Part shown: piece after piece, positions 12,501 through 22,762 of the stretch
Numbering within the stretch: position 1 is the stretch's first letter
Layout of the letters: each line of letters begins with the position of its first letter
Origin: Eutreptiella sp. 'Long Island Sound 2002'
Taxonomy: Eukaryota; Protista; Euglenida
Assembly (NCBI GenBank): GCA_964036045.1
Contig: OZ038378.1
Location: forward strand, 6,634,001 to 6,698,000
Length of the DNA: 64,000 nt
Direction of reading: 5' to 3'
The notes under the pieces: generated by a model
Seen by the model: only the letters and a program-made list of their open reading frames with translations
What the model was told of the DNA's origin: nothing
Databases searched by the model: none
Position numbers and translations under genes: made by a program

Positions 12501-15500
12501 GGAGTCACATGCCCCCTTGAATCATCGATCACCTCTGCCCTACATGCATGTCCCAGCAGCCAATGCAGACAATCACGATTGGTATACATCCTCTTGGTCT
12601 TTCTTGCAATTAAAACGGTATGTCAATTGTGTCTGTTACCGCCCCCACCTCAATTCAACTGTGTACAATATCTTCCCTGCAATGATACAGTGTTTACTGT
12701 ATCCGGCAGCTCCAGTGCGTTTCATTTTGCTTCTTACACCAGATCATACTGCATATATTCCCAATTGGTGTTTTGACAAATATGGCAGTCAACTTACCTA
12801 CTCAGTATCTACTCCAGCTGCATTTTGGCTCTTCCAAAATCATCTGGCATCCATTATGTGGCCCATTAATACTTCTACTTTTACAGCTATCACAGCATTA
12901 CCATTTAAACAAATGGGACACAAATTTGTTACGCTACCTACTCATGTATGCATGCCAAAAATACCCACAGTATACACACCCACCTCCCCTCCTATGCCAT
13001 ATACCCACATTACGTCCGGAGTACCTGCCTATGTCCCCCCCTGTGATGGTAAACAGTTTTTTTGGCATGTGTGGAACACTGAACAATTGATTCGACAAGA
13101 TGCTTTTGCCCATCTTCAACGTCCTGGTGCATGGACAGCAATTCAGCGTTCAGTCATGCGATGCATTCCCATACTTGCATATGCACCTTTTCCCCACATA
13201 AGAAAGTTGGTTCGGATAATTGATTGGACAGCCGTCAAAGGTATGGATACACCAGGACAATGGTTATATGCCTCCTTCTCCCCGCTGATTACTGCTGTAT
13301 ACTATGGTCAAACAGGGGTCCTTGCCAAGCCTAGAACTGTGTTTGCACGCTGGAAAGAAGAACTGCAAAAGGCTATGGCATGGACAAAATTGCAGCACGC
13401 CTCTCCCTATAAAGGACACCTATATTTCCGTACTTTACATATCGTTGGCTTCCACAACTTTCTGCCAATTCCACTCAAACAACTACCATTGTCAGGAGCA
13501 GATCGCATTGAACAACAAACCATTGCTAACAATCCACCCACGCTTAATACACAAAAACGCCGGTCAAAAGGGTTCATCCGCTGGCTTGTACGGCACAACA
13601 TGCTCAGGACTATTACACACTGTGCCCTTCACAACACCCAATTCTGGGATCACCAACTGTCACTCCATCGACTCACCATATCCGGATTGGATGCGTTGAA
13701 AATTCTGGTACAAGCCAAAGGAGTGGTTCCTGCTTGGAAGTTTCATGCGATGCACACCAGATTCTCCCCATTGATCAATCATTACTTCCATATTGATCTC
13801 CCACACTTTCTCCTCCTCAGAATCCCCTGCATTACTGCGTTAGATGTTACTCATGTCAAAAAATGGTTTGCAGACTTCATACACAGCACCACTTTGCCCA
13901 AAGTGTTAAAACAATATTTCCATAAAATCCTCATTGTCCCCCTTTGTCATCCACGAAAACTTACTACCACTTTCACCAAAGATCGGCTTCAACTCTCCTT
14001 GCACGACTACCAAGACTTCGTGGATGCCCATCAAGATGAACCCAATTTTATTGCTGTTGGTCCTGACATTGCCAATCCCAAACATCCAGCATCAATCAAT
14101 CGACTGTTGCATGCACCTTTAAATCATTCCATTGTGCCAGCACCAGCAGCAGCACATCGACGACTCACTGAACATCTAGAACATCTCAAATCACCCAAGT
14201 CTACCCAAGTCTACACCCTTTCCCTTTGCCTCCTTTGCTGCAAAAATTCATAATCTTCTTACCTCTACACTGCAATCTCCATCTGTTGCTCAGTCCCGTA
14301 TCCGCTCTGCGACACTCCAGTCATTCACACATGCATTTCCCCAATTTCTGCCCATACGTGTTGACAAATATCCGTTGTTATATGTGGTGGCCACGGTAGT
14401 CACCTTTTACCGACTCATTCTTCATGTTTTCCAGCAAGCTGTAAACTACCGTGTGCTATTCACCTGTCGTTCACCTACACGAGCCCGGAATGTCCTGATG
14501 TTGTACTATACACTATGTGTACGAATATACCCAGAAATCCTGAACCACATGTCTGCACTACGTCTCCGCAACAATCTATCCATACAGGTGCCTACATTGA
14601 AAGGCATCACAATAAAAACACCACACATTCCACTACCATCCCACCCCATCACACCCGACACCTTGCGCACAATTAAACCCCTACTTCTGCAAGAGGCCCA
14701 GCAAGTTTTGCACCTGACTGACCAAATTCTGTATGCCCCGCCCATATATCCTTATGGACATCGTCATGTAGCTGTTGTACACCCCCCATCTGTCATTATG
14801 TCCATAAAAGGCAAAAGTCTCCCATATAAACCATCCCAACCAATCGCAGATGTGGCAACTCGTGAGATTTTCAGTAATGGGGCTCACCCATGGAAACGAC
14901 ACTCGCGAATTGTCAGTAGAGCTGCCACAGTGGCCTGTCGCCTTTTCCAGAGTTCATTTTTTTCACTGCAAATACTCACGCAGCAACAGCTAATTACCCA
15001 GTTCTTGCAACCAGCCAAGCAATATTTTTCTGAGCAAAATATTGAGGTTGCTGGTTTTGAATTGGATCTCAAACGTATGTTCCCCAGCCTCAACAGATCA
15101 ATGCTCAGGCCTGCATATGTGGATCTGTTCAATCGCTGTCAAAAAATGTACTGTTATCGACGTACAGATAAGGATGTATATATCTCTGTAGCTCATGGCG
15201 CTGATTCACAGCTAGACTGCATTGGCAAAAAATCTCCAAAGTACTACTATGTGTTTTCCAGTCAAGAGCTCGTGGACCGCATTACACTTGATGCATATTT
15301 GAATGACTTATTTCAAATCGGGTCTGATGTTCTTGAACAGTACACAGGAGTTGCCATTGGTGCACAAATGGCGTCTCAGAACGCCAATGTCATTCTGATG
15401 CATGCAGAGAGCACGATCAATTGGGATGCCCGCCTGCCAGCACACACAAAACTCTGTCGCTATGTAGATAATGTTGTAGGACTTTGTCCCAAACATCAAC

Positions 15501-16630
15501 TACTGGCGACTGTCCAACGGGTAAAACGATTGCTCACTGAGATTTACCACGTGCCACTCACTGTAGAGCAGTTGGGTACCAGTTTTTACACATTGCAGTT
15601 GCAAATTTACTGCGTTAATTCGGAAATCCACTGGGCAATGAAAAACAAGGTGCTACTGTCATACCTTACACCCAGGTTACCTGTGTCACGATACCCGGAT
15701 GTTCACTCTATGCATGCTGCTCGCATAGTTCATGGTATGGCAGTTAATTTGGCGAATTTGGCGTCCAATTTGTATACTCATCCAGTGCTTTTTATCTCGA
15801 ATTGTGCTCATGTCGTGTGGGAATTCCTTCACAAGTCTTACCCACATTCCTGGTGGATGCCAGTCATGAAATGCATTTATGCTTCACAGACGGACCTGCC
15901 AATGTCATGGAACCAATTTTTGGATGCTCTGCCCTGGGTGATACCTTGTCCACCAAAGTACTGTTTACTGCAATCTGCGAACTTGATGACAACTGTTTCC
16001 CTCACAGTCCCGCCGTCACTACCCCTGATCACAGGCCTCCTCCCACCACTGATCCCCCTGCAACACATGGAAACACTCATTGAAAAAACAGCTCCACTTA
16101 CATACTTACCCCGTATCATATGGTACTGTTCCATTTTCCCCTTTCTACCCCCTGTCTACATATACTACACCTGTACACTGGCAAAATACATCTTCACCCA
16201 TTTCTGGTTTCATATACCACTATCCCTTGTCACTCAACAATGGCCTGTTTTTCTGCCACTATATAAGGTTGCCACCGCTTTCTCCTTTGCAGTGCCCAGT
16301 AGCAATTTGGCTGTATTTTATTTATGTATCTCTCGTGTCCGGCCCAAAAAACGCTGTAAGGGATTGTCTACAGTCATGAAATCCATTGCACATTATGCTG
16401 TTTCCCCTTTCATCACAAAACATAAAGTCCCACAACTATCCAATCCACCACTTGGGGGCAAAGGACGACAAAAAGCAGCAAAACGATGCCGCTTTGTGGA
16501 TGCCCCACCGGTCCCCACTTGCTCCCGCTCACACCCACCATCCAAGCCAGACTCCAATTTGCAATTATTAGAGTACATGGCAGAACATCCCCTACCCAAA
16601 CGGCGTTGCCGTCAGAGGTAATGCAGGGGA

Positions 16631-16665
<35 letters not shown>

Positions 16666-18198
16666 AAGACTTTTACGGACTCATGCTTGGATTGAACTGT
16701 TGTACAGATCGCATTTTTCAGATGTAAGCGTCAGTGTGAAAAGGTACGAGAAATCCTGCTTGACAGTATAGGACATGTCTCTCATTTCCCTACACTCTCA
16801 GACACTTTCCTGTATACAAGATTGATATATTTGCTGTAGGTAAGACAAGTGATTTAAAAATGCTGACGTTCGCATGATTTCGATAACTCCCTTTGGGCAC
16901 AATGTGACTTCATACATCGCTGTTCACGATCTATGACGTCGACATGACATCATGTTGCATGTGTTCGTCACTATAGGAATCAACAGTCCCTGTTGCAATG
17001 ACCTGTCTAATCTTGTGACATGATTGTGACGTTTCTCCATTCGGACTCTCATGAGAATGACAATCACCCTATCACTGTCTAAGATTCATGCTCTGTTGAG
17101 AATCGGCTTTTTCTTGCTTACATTGCTGCACTGTGTGTGTGTGTGTGTGTGTGTGTGTTTGTGGTTAGGTGGGTGCGCCTAACACTGGTTGCTATGGGCT
17201 GTCATGAACACAAACTTCTCCATGGATAATTTATTGGTCCGTTGATGGGTGCAAACATGAGAGGGACAAGGGTGAGGGCACAGGAGAGACCTGTATCACA
17301 CCGCTCTGACTGTCCGGAGCTGCACACCGCTATTTTGATCAACAGACCAAAAGACATCTAGGGCTGCCCTGCGGCTCATGAGGAGTTTTCTTTCACACTT
17401 TTCTTGCTCTGTTCTTGTTTCGCGGTTCCCTACGTGTGTGTATGAGGGTGAGAAAGAGAGAGAGAGACAGAGATGTGTGTGTGTGTGTGTGTGTGTGTGA
17501 AAATATCTGGCTTGTATCTTTACCAGCAGCCTGACAGACGCCTTGCCGTGGCTGCACAGTTGGGTTGCGCAAATTTTGTCTGCACTATCATGGGCACAGG
17601 TAGCACTGGCCAGCAACTACACGCGTATGGCCGTGATGCGCACAATGCACAAAGCTGTGCGCCGTGTGCACTCCGCGTCCCCGTGGAACGCCGAAAACAC
17701 TATGCACGCGGTGTACGTAATCGCCCACCATCAGCCCTGTGCACAGTCGCTGTTACCAGAACCATACACTGGCTTCTCAGACACGGGAAGTGGCACAGGA
17801 CAACTACACCGACACCGTCATACCCACAGAGCTACAGCGGGAAGGCTATGAACCGACCTGGTGCAAAGACATACACCTGCTTCGGGCCCGGAGCACTCCA
17901 GCATAACTGTCCCCGACCCCCGTTGTGTGTGTGTGTGGTTAGGTGGTAGCACCTAGCACAGGTTGCATTGATTGGGCGTCAAGATACAACCTCCTCAATA
18001 GGCTAATTTATGGTCCGTTGATTATGCAGCACAGATTTGGGGAGCAGGTCAGGGAGCGAGGGACGAACTGCCGCCGAACTCAGTACTGCATGCTGTCCTG
18101 TTCATCAACAGACCGAAAGACGTCTATGGCTGCTCTGCGGCTCCTCAGGAGTTTTCTTCCACCGCTTTTCTTGCTCTGTTCTTGTTTTTGCGGTTCTC

Positions 18199-18295
<97 letters not shown>

Positions 18296-18486
18296 CTCTG
18301 CACCTGACGAGGACCCTAGTCCTTTTGTTGCACTGCGATGCACGGGGTGGGGAAGGAAGGAGCCAGCGCTTGCCTGCCCTAACCTGCTAAGGGGTCTGCG
18401 CATGCGTGTGTGTGGAATTTTGTGTGAGGGTGTATGAAACTGTGCCTGTGTGTCTGAAAATGTGTGCGTTTGAAGTGTGTGTGAAT

Positions 18487-18534
<48 letters not shown>

Positions 18535-21500
18535 GTGTGTGTGTGTGTGTATGTGCGTGCTGCGTGAGTGCATGTGTGTGTGTGTGTGTGTGTGTGCGTG
18601 TGCATCTTGAAAGTGTGTGCGTGCACATGTATGAGTGTGGTGTTTGTCTTACATGTGTGACTGTGTGTGTTGTGTGTGCGCACGCGTGCTGTACTGTGCT
18701 CTGTGCCCTATGCCCTATACTCTATGACCATTTCTTCGTTATTAGGGGTCCCTCTGTGACCTATATCCCATTCCCTGTCTTTTACCACCTTTTTGCCCTC
18801 GGCTGTATGCCCTGTCCCCTGCTCCCCATGCTCGTGTCGTGTACCTCCGCCATCATTGCCTGATTGCCTGTCCCTTTCCCCCCCAACTAGCTCACGGAGG
18901 TGGTGCGCAAGCGGCCGTACTGCATGCTGCTGTTCGACGAGATCGAGAAGGCCCACCCGGACGTGTTCAACATGATGCTGCAGATTCTCGAGGACGGCCG
19001 CCTGACGGACTCTCAGGGGCGCACGGTCGACTTCAAGAATACATTGGTGATCATGACCTCCAATGTTGGGAGCCAGGTCATTGCGCAGGGCGGTGGCAGA
19101 CTCGGCTTCTCTATTGGGCAGCAGTCGGATGAGGAGGAGACCTACGCGGCCCTGAAGGACAAAGTGCAAGAGGCCATGAAAATGGCTTTCAAGCCGGAAT
19201 TCCTGAACCGCATCGATGAGATTGTGGTGTTCAGGCAGCTGACAAAGCCCCAGGTCCATCCTGCTGCCCCTGCCCCTACCCCTCAGCGCTTATCCTTGCG
19301 CCTTGTCCCCTCCACAGCAGGCCAATTGTCCTTCCTGGCTTTGTAGCCCTTCCTGTACCCCCTGTACCCCCTCAACCTCTGCCAAGCTCTGGCGTGCCTG
19401 AGGGCTCACTGCGAAACTATTCCCCCTCTCCCTGAATTGTCTTATTGCTGGGATTAGGGTGCCCAGGGCTGCAGCGTGCAGAAGTCTGAGCCAAAAGGAA
19501 CTTCGACATGACAAGCCATTATGACCCATGGCAGTGTCTAAACCCGCAAGTCTGGTGGGCTTTTAGTCCCCAGGTGAACCCCAGGGCAACGGATGGTCCT
19601 CAGTGCTGCCCACCTTGACCGACGCCTCCCCCGCCCTCCCCAGCCCGCAGACCACTGGACCCGTTTGCTGCAACAATGGGCCACTTATGGCCGGTGGGCT
19701 GGCCCGTCCACTGGCTGATGCGGCCATGTTGTTCCATCAGGCCCCGGGTGAGACAGTCACAGTGATAGCAAGGCTTCAACTCAGGCTGGTGGGCAGGTGC
19801 CCCCAGGAATGCGCCTGAGCCCGCATGACCACCGGCGATGCCCATCGGTGGTCCTGAGATTGGGTTCCTGCCGGTACGCCCCTCACTGACACCCGAGTTG
19901 TGCCTGGTGCCGCCCATTGTGCACCAGGGGCTTCTCACATTCCTTCCCCTCCAGTGCATCCTCCAGGGTCTCTGTTTGCCTCACCACCAGCATAGCCCTT
20001 CGGGCCTTCTACGTGCCCCGGATGCCTTCTTCTTGGCTGCCGCACGGTGCATGCAGGATCCCCCCGATAGTGTGGAAGAAAGCCTCCTGGGTATCGTGCT
20101 GAACCTGGACGCCATGTCCAATTATGAAGGCGTCCTCACTGTCACACCTCTTTCTCTGTATGCTAAGCCAGCTTCACCGTAGCTTGTCCTGACCCTGCTC
20201 TCAGCACAGTCAGCGCAGCCAGGGACCTAACCTTGCCTCCCTGACATGGGCAGAGATGCACCAAGGCGACACTTAAGCTAGTCACCATTGCCAAAGCCCA
20301 CTTGATGTTGTGGCGCAGCATCCAGCATCCCATGGCTGGCGCCTGCCTGCCAACCTTGTGGCCCACGGCTTGATCTCCGGTGCTCAGATCCCATCCCCCT
20401 GGGTCGGAAGTGGGCTGGATACAGTCGCGCAGGACCCCCAAGTCGCTAGTGGCCAAAGAGCAACTAGGCCACTGGAGCCAACAGAGCAAGATACAACAGA
20501 GCACTGCACAACAACGCACAAGCTCCAATGCCAACAAACACGATGTGTATTGTGCGAGCCTGCAGTCTGCTCGCCAACATGTGTCCCTAGCCCAGAGACA
20601 TGAGCACACTAGGGTACAGGGGTTGGAGGTGGGGGAGGCCAGCACTTGTGGGGGCTGCCAAGGGACACTAGTGGCCATCAGTCCTCCGGTCTGCCCCAGC
20701 CTTAAAGTCACCAGGAGACGCACTGCCTAGCCTTAACGGCAAACTGTCTGGAAGCATGGGTAGCCCTGGGGGTTCGTACACCGGCTGGTGGGGCGAGTGG
20801 AGTGGAACTCAGGGCTACCCAGGCTCCATGGGACTCCACGACAAAGGCTGGAACCCACACCATGCCCACACCGGTCCCATTGCGGGGGCAGGCGGAGGAG
20901 CCCCACCATGTGCCCTGGCCAGGGATTGGGCGGTCATGATCACCGTAGGTTGAAGCCCCCCCAAAAAAACAGGTGCATTGGCAGTGCACGGATAAGCACG
21001 GCTGGCCTGTGTGATGAGTTGTCAGGGATGCCATCCAGCTCTTCCTGGGCAGCAACCGTCAGCATCAGCAAATCCGGATTCAAATCCTCCTCAATCCCCC
21101 CCCTCCTCCTCCCCACGGCTCCTTCTCCCTCCGCTCCGCTCACTTCAGTTCAGTTCCTCTCCACTCCCTCCGCCCCTCCTCCCTCGCTCCTTCCTCCTCC
21201 CCCTCCTCCTCCCCAGGTCCGCAGGGTGGCTGACATCATGTTGAGGGATGTGTACGGCCGCTTGGCAGAGCAGGGGATTGCCATCACCGTGACGGAGGCT
21301 TTCAAGGACAAGCTGCTGGAGCAGGGCTGGAACCCCCAGTACGGGGCACGACCGCTGCGCAGGGCCATCAATGCAATGTTGGAGGACGCTTTGTCAGAAT
21401 GCGTGTTGCAGGGGGATATTGTCGAGGGGGACACCATCGAAGTGGACATCAATGGGAACGGAGAAGTCATTGTGGTGGGTAAAGGGGGCATGGTGCTCAG

Positions 21501-21540
21501 CGCACAGCCTGCCCCTGCTGTTGCTGCAGGGATCGCGTAG
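2..21540 (+). CDS. clpC: Plastid-targeted ATP-dependent Clp protease ATPase subunit ClpC; 8 exons in window, 5' end upstream of position 1 (>1076 aa)
   Basis: Exons 2-529, 2924-3330, 5343-5598, 6000-6304, 7468-8068, 9540-9986, 18891-19253 and 21217-21540 join in frame (3231 nt) via GT-AG introns. Motifs: Clp-N ([21 protein letters not shown]), Walker A GEPGVGKT and GPTGVGKT, Walker B ILVIDE and [17 protein letters not shown]-like coiled coil, LGF ClpP-docking loop, [10 protein letters not shown]. Confidence 0.95.
2924..3330 (+). CDS. clpC: clpC exon 2 (first Clp-N repeat)
   Basis: Acceptor ctcctctttgcag, donor AG|GTACGT; encodes [35 protein letters not shown]...EIPFTPRA. Confidence 0.9.
5343..5598 (+). 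CDS. clpC: clpC exon 3 (second Clp-N repeat)
   Basis: caacag|G acceptor; encodes [20 protein letters not shown]; donor GAG|GTTTGT. Confidence 0.9.
6000..6304 (+). CDS. clpC: clpC exon 4 (AAA1 Walker A)
   Basis: Encodes [44 protein letters not shown]...[11 protein letters not shown]. Confidence 0.95.
6646..6791. repeat. Perfect 72-bp tandem duplication in clpC intron 4
   Basis: aggatatcgtcagggagcgcacac...ccattttggt starts at both 6646 and 6718. Confidence 0.9.
7468..8068 (+). CDS. clpC: clpC exon 5 (AAA1 Walker B, lid, UVR-like region)
   Basis: Encodes [18 protein letters not shown]...[13 protein letters not shown]...[16 protein letters not shown]; donor GTATGA. Confidence 0.95.
9540..9986 (+). 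CDS. clpC: clpC exon 6 (AAA2 Walker A)
   Basis: Encodes VIGQEPAV...[14 protein letters not shown]...[31 protein letters not shown]. Confidence 0.95.
10149..10566 (+). repeat. Left pseudo-LTR (418 bp)
   Basis: agatgtaagcgtcagtgtg...attgctgcactgtgtg; no differences from 16720-17137 seen by eye. Confidence 0.95.
10655..11782 (+). CDS. Element ORF1: gag/ORF1-like protein with CCHC zinc knuckle; one in-frame TGA at 10805-10807
   Basis: ATG at 10655; [14 protein letters not shown] (C-x2-C-x4-H-x4-C). The same frame continues after TGA as [15 protein letters not shown] and then a further ~310 aa, with a Ser/Gln/Pro-rich linker and a coiled-coil-like segment. Confidence 0.65.
11783..12019 (+). CDS. 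Element small ORF (78 aa) between ORF1 and the EN-RT ORF
   Basis: Its ATG directly follows the ORF1 TAG, and its TGA overlaps the EN-RT ATG (ATGA at 12016-12019). No recognisable domain. Confidence 0.35.
   Translation: MSLHDQKSSFPRGLRRYVIGRQISCTGRVPVLEHNNRCYQADHLAFTHCMSSHNSGLFRPAIGLVPSGSWTQLLLSIQ
12016..16621 (+). pseudogene. PLE GIY-YIG endonuclease + reverse transcriptase ORF (~1530 aa when restored), frameshifted by a 10-bp tandem duplication at 14193-14212
   Basis: EN: [21 protein letters not shown]...RWKEE (~13255-13360) and [13 protein letters not shown] (~13511-13549). RT: [40 protein letters not shown] (15461-15472). Removing one acccaagtct copy fuses the 11854-14253 and 14375-16621 frames. 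Confidence 0.8.
16720..17137 (+). repeat. Right pseudo-LTR (418 bp), running into (TG)n
   Basis: Direct repeat of 10149-10566. Confidence 0.95.
17160..18200. repeat. Two diverged ~270-bp copies of a (GT)n-flanked repeat (~17160-17430 and ~17935-18200)
   Basis: Shared ordered blocks gtggttaggtgg, tggtccgttgat, tcaacagacc(a/g)aaagac, ctgcggctc, aggagttttct and ttttcttgctctgttcttgttt. Confidence 0.75.
18201..18545. repeat. (GT)n and (GA)n microsatellite cluster in clpC intron 6
   Basis: (GT)n at ~18201-18294 and (GA)n at ~18490-18530. Confidence 0.9.
18891..19253 (+). CDS. clpC: clpC exon 7 (AAA2 Walker B, LGF loop)
   Basis: Continues GGQ|[26 protein letters not shown]...[15 protein letters not shown] across an 8.9-kb intron. 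Confidence 0.95.
21217..21540 (+). CDS. clpC: clpC exon 8 (C-terminal D2-small domain, stop TAG)
   Basis: Pyrimidine tract + CAG acceptor; encodes [15 protein letters not shown]; stop at 21538-21540. Confidence 0.95.
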   Translation, partial: VRRVADIMLRDVYGRLAEQGIAITVTEAFKDKLLEQGWNPQYGARPLRRAINAMLEDALSECVLQGDIVEGDTIEVDINGNGEVIVVGKGGMVLSAQPAPAVAAGIA

Positions 21541-22622
21541 ACGTCCCTCTGCATGCACAACACCCCCCTTATCGCCGAAGAGGTGCAGAGGCATCTCTCA
21601 TCCTTTTGCTAATGTGCAAAAGGAAACAGAACATCAGTCACAAGAACCGTTGGGAGAACCCAGCACTGAGTCATGTTTCATTTTGAGTGCATTGTACAGT
21701 ATCTAACTGGGCTCCGCCCCATGTGGGCGAAGCCGACTAGATGACATATGGTGCTGCATGTACATATCTTCACTTTTCCCATACGTCAGTCAACGACCTG
21801 CATGCATATATTGGGCACCGATGCCTGTTGAAGTGGTCTCAACCGCTCCTTTGATTGCGGTCCTGCATATTTCTCCGTGATCCAGGAGCGTGTCTCTTAC
21901 TGGTGTGGCTGCTTCGATGCACAGGCCGGTGACCTCAGGTTGATACAATTGGTTTATATAGGATGGCGCAAAGCCCCGAGAGCCCGGCCAGCCCAACAGC
22001 TGAACGCCCCATATCACACAGCCACGGCACTTGTGTACCAAAACCGTCCGCAGGCAGCAATAGATCCCTTGCCATGCCATACGATTTTCCGCTACTTGGA
22101 GCTGTATGGTTGTGCAATATGATGCCAGCGACTGCACTGCCATACTGAGCGACTCGGGTCCCTGAAACCCGTAGACATGACGTGGTCCTGCGTTCGCACA
22201 GAACCACATCATCTGTCGGGGCTGGGGGAGGGTGGTATGCGCTCTTTTACGGGCCCAAACAGACCTCTGATCCCAATTGTTTCGCTCCAACCGCGAAATC
22301 GGCCAGTGTCATGCGACGATGCTCGGTCTGGTGCACAGTGCAGTGGCATTGTGTGGGGGGGTTCGTCCCCATCGCGGGCTATTCGGACACCTGCTGGGGC
22401 CCCAGTTGCTTGCTCTCAGGAGGCCGTACTGCCAAGCCGGCCCGGCAGCCCCGAGCGCCCCCCGCACGCTCGGGGGTCTCTGGGGCGCATGATGTAAAAC
22501 AGTGTACTGTTCGTTTGCTTCCATTTGTTGTCCACCACATCCCCCGGGCAAATCCAAATCGGGCACTGCTGCTCTGTGTTTCAAGGCGGTGCAAAAGAAT
22601 CGCATCCCATCGGTTTCAGCCC

Positions 22623-22762
22623 GCATTGGAGCCTGAGAAATGGCACTGAATGCAGGCGTACCTGCGCCTCCTCCCCGCTCTTATCCAAGCAACGCCTTGC
22701 GCAAGCGACACCAGTTGGTGGGCCCACCAAATTTGGACCGAGGGAGTTTGTGGTTCCGACTT
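22623..22762. repeat. ~135-bp dispersed repeat, copy 1 (copy 2 at ~24715-24855; weaker partial match near 32345-32390)
   Basis: Near-identical cctgagaaatggcactgaatgcaggcgtacctgcg...ttggtgggcccaccaa...gtggtt; contains a perfect 16-bp palindrome at 22715-22730. Confidence 0.85.

Larger units (their letters stand above)
10149..17137 (+). mobile_element. Penelope-like retroelement, N-terminal GIY-YIG EN + RT (Naiad/Chlamys-type order), with pseudo-LTRs and an extra upstream ORF1
   Basis: 418-bp direct terminal repeats, GIY-YIG motifs upstream of PLE/telomerase-type RT motifs, and flanking (GT)n tracts at 10011-10034 and 17132-17157. Confidence 0.85.

Noticed and set aside
10149-17137. LTR retrotransposon or DIRS/VIPER assignment
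   Set aside because: No protease, integrase, RNase H or tyrosine recombinase motifs, no TG...CA ends or PBS; the RT and EN motifs fit PLEs.
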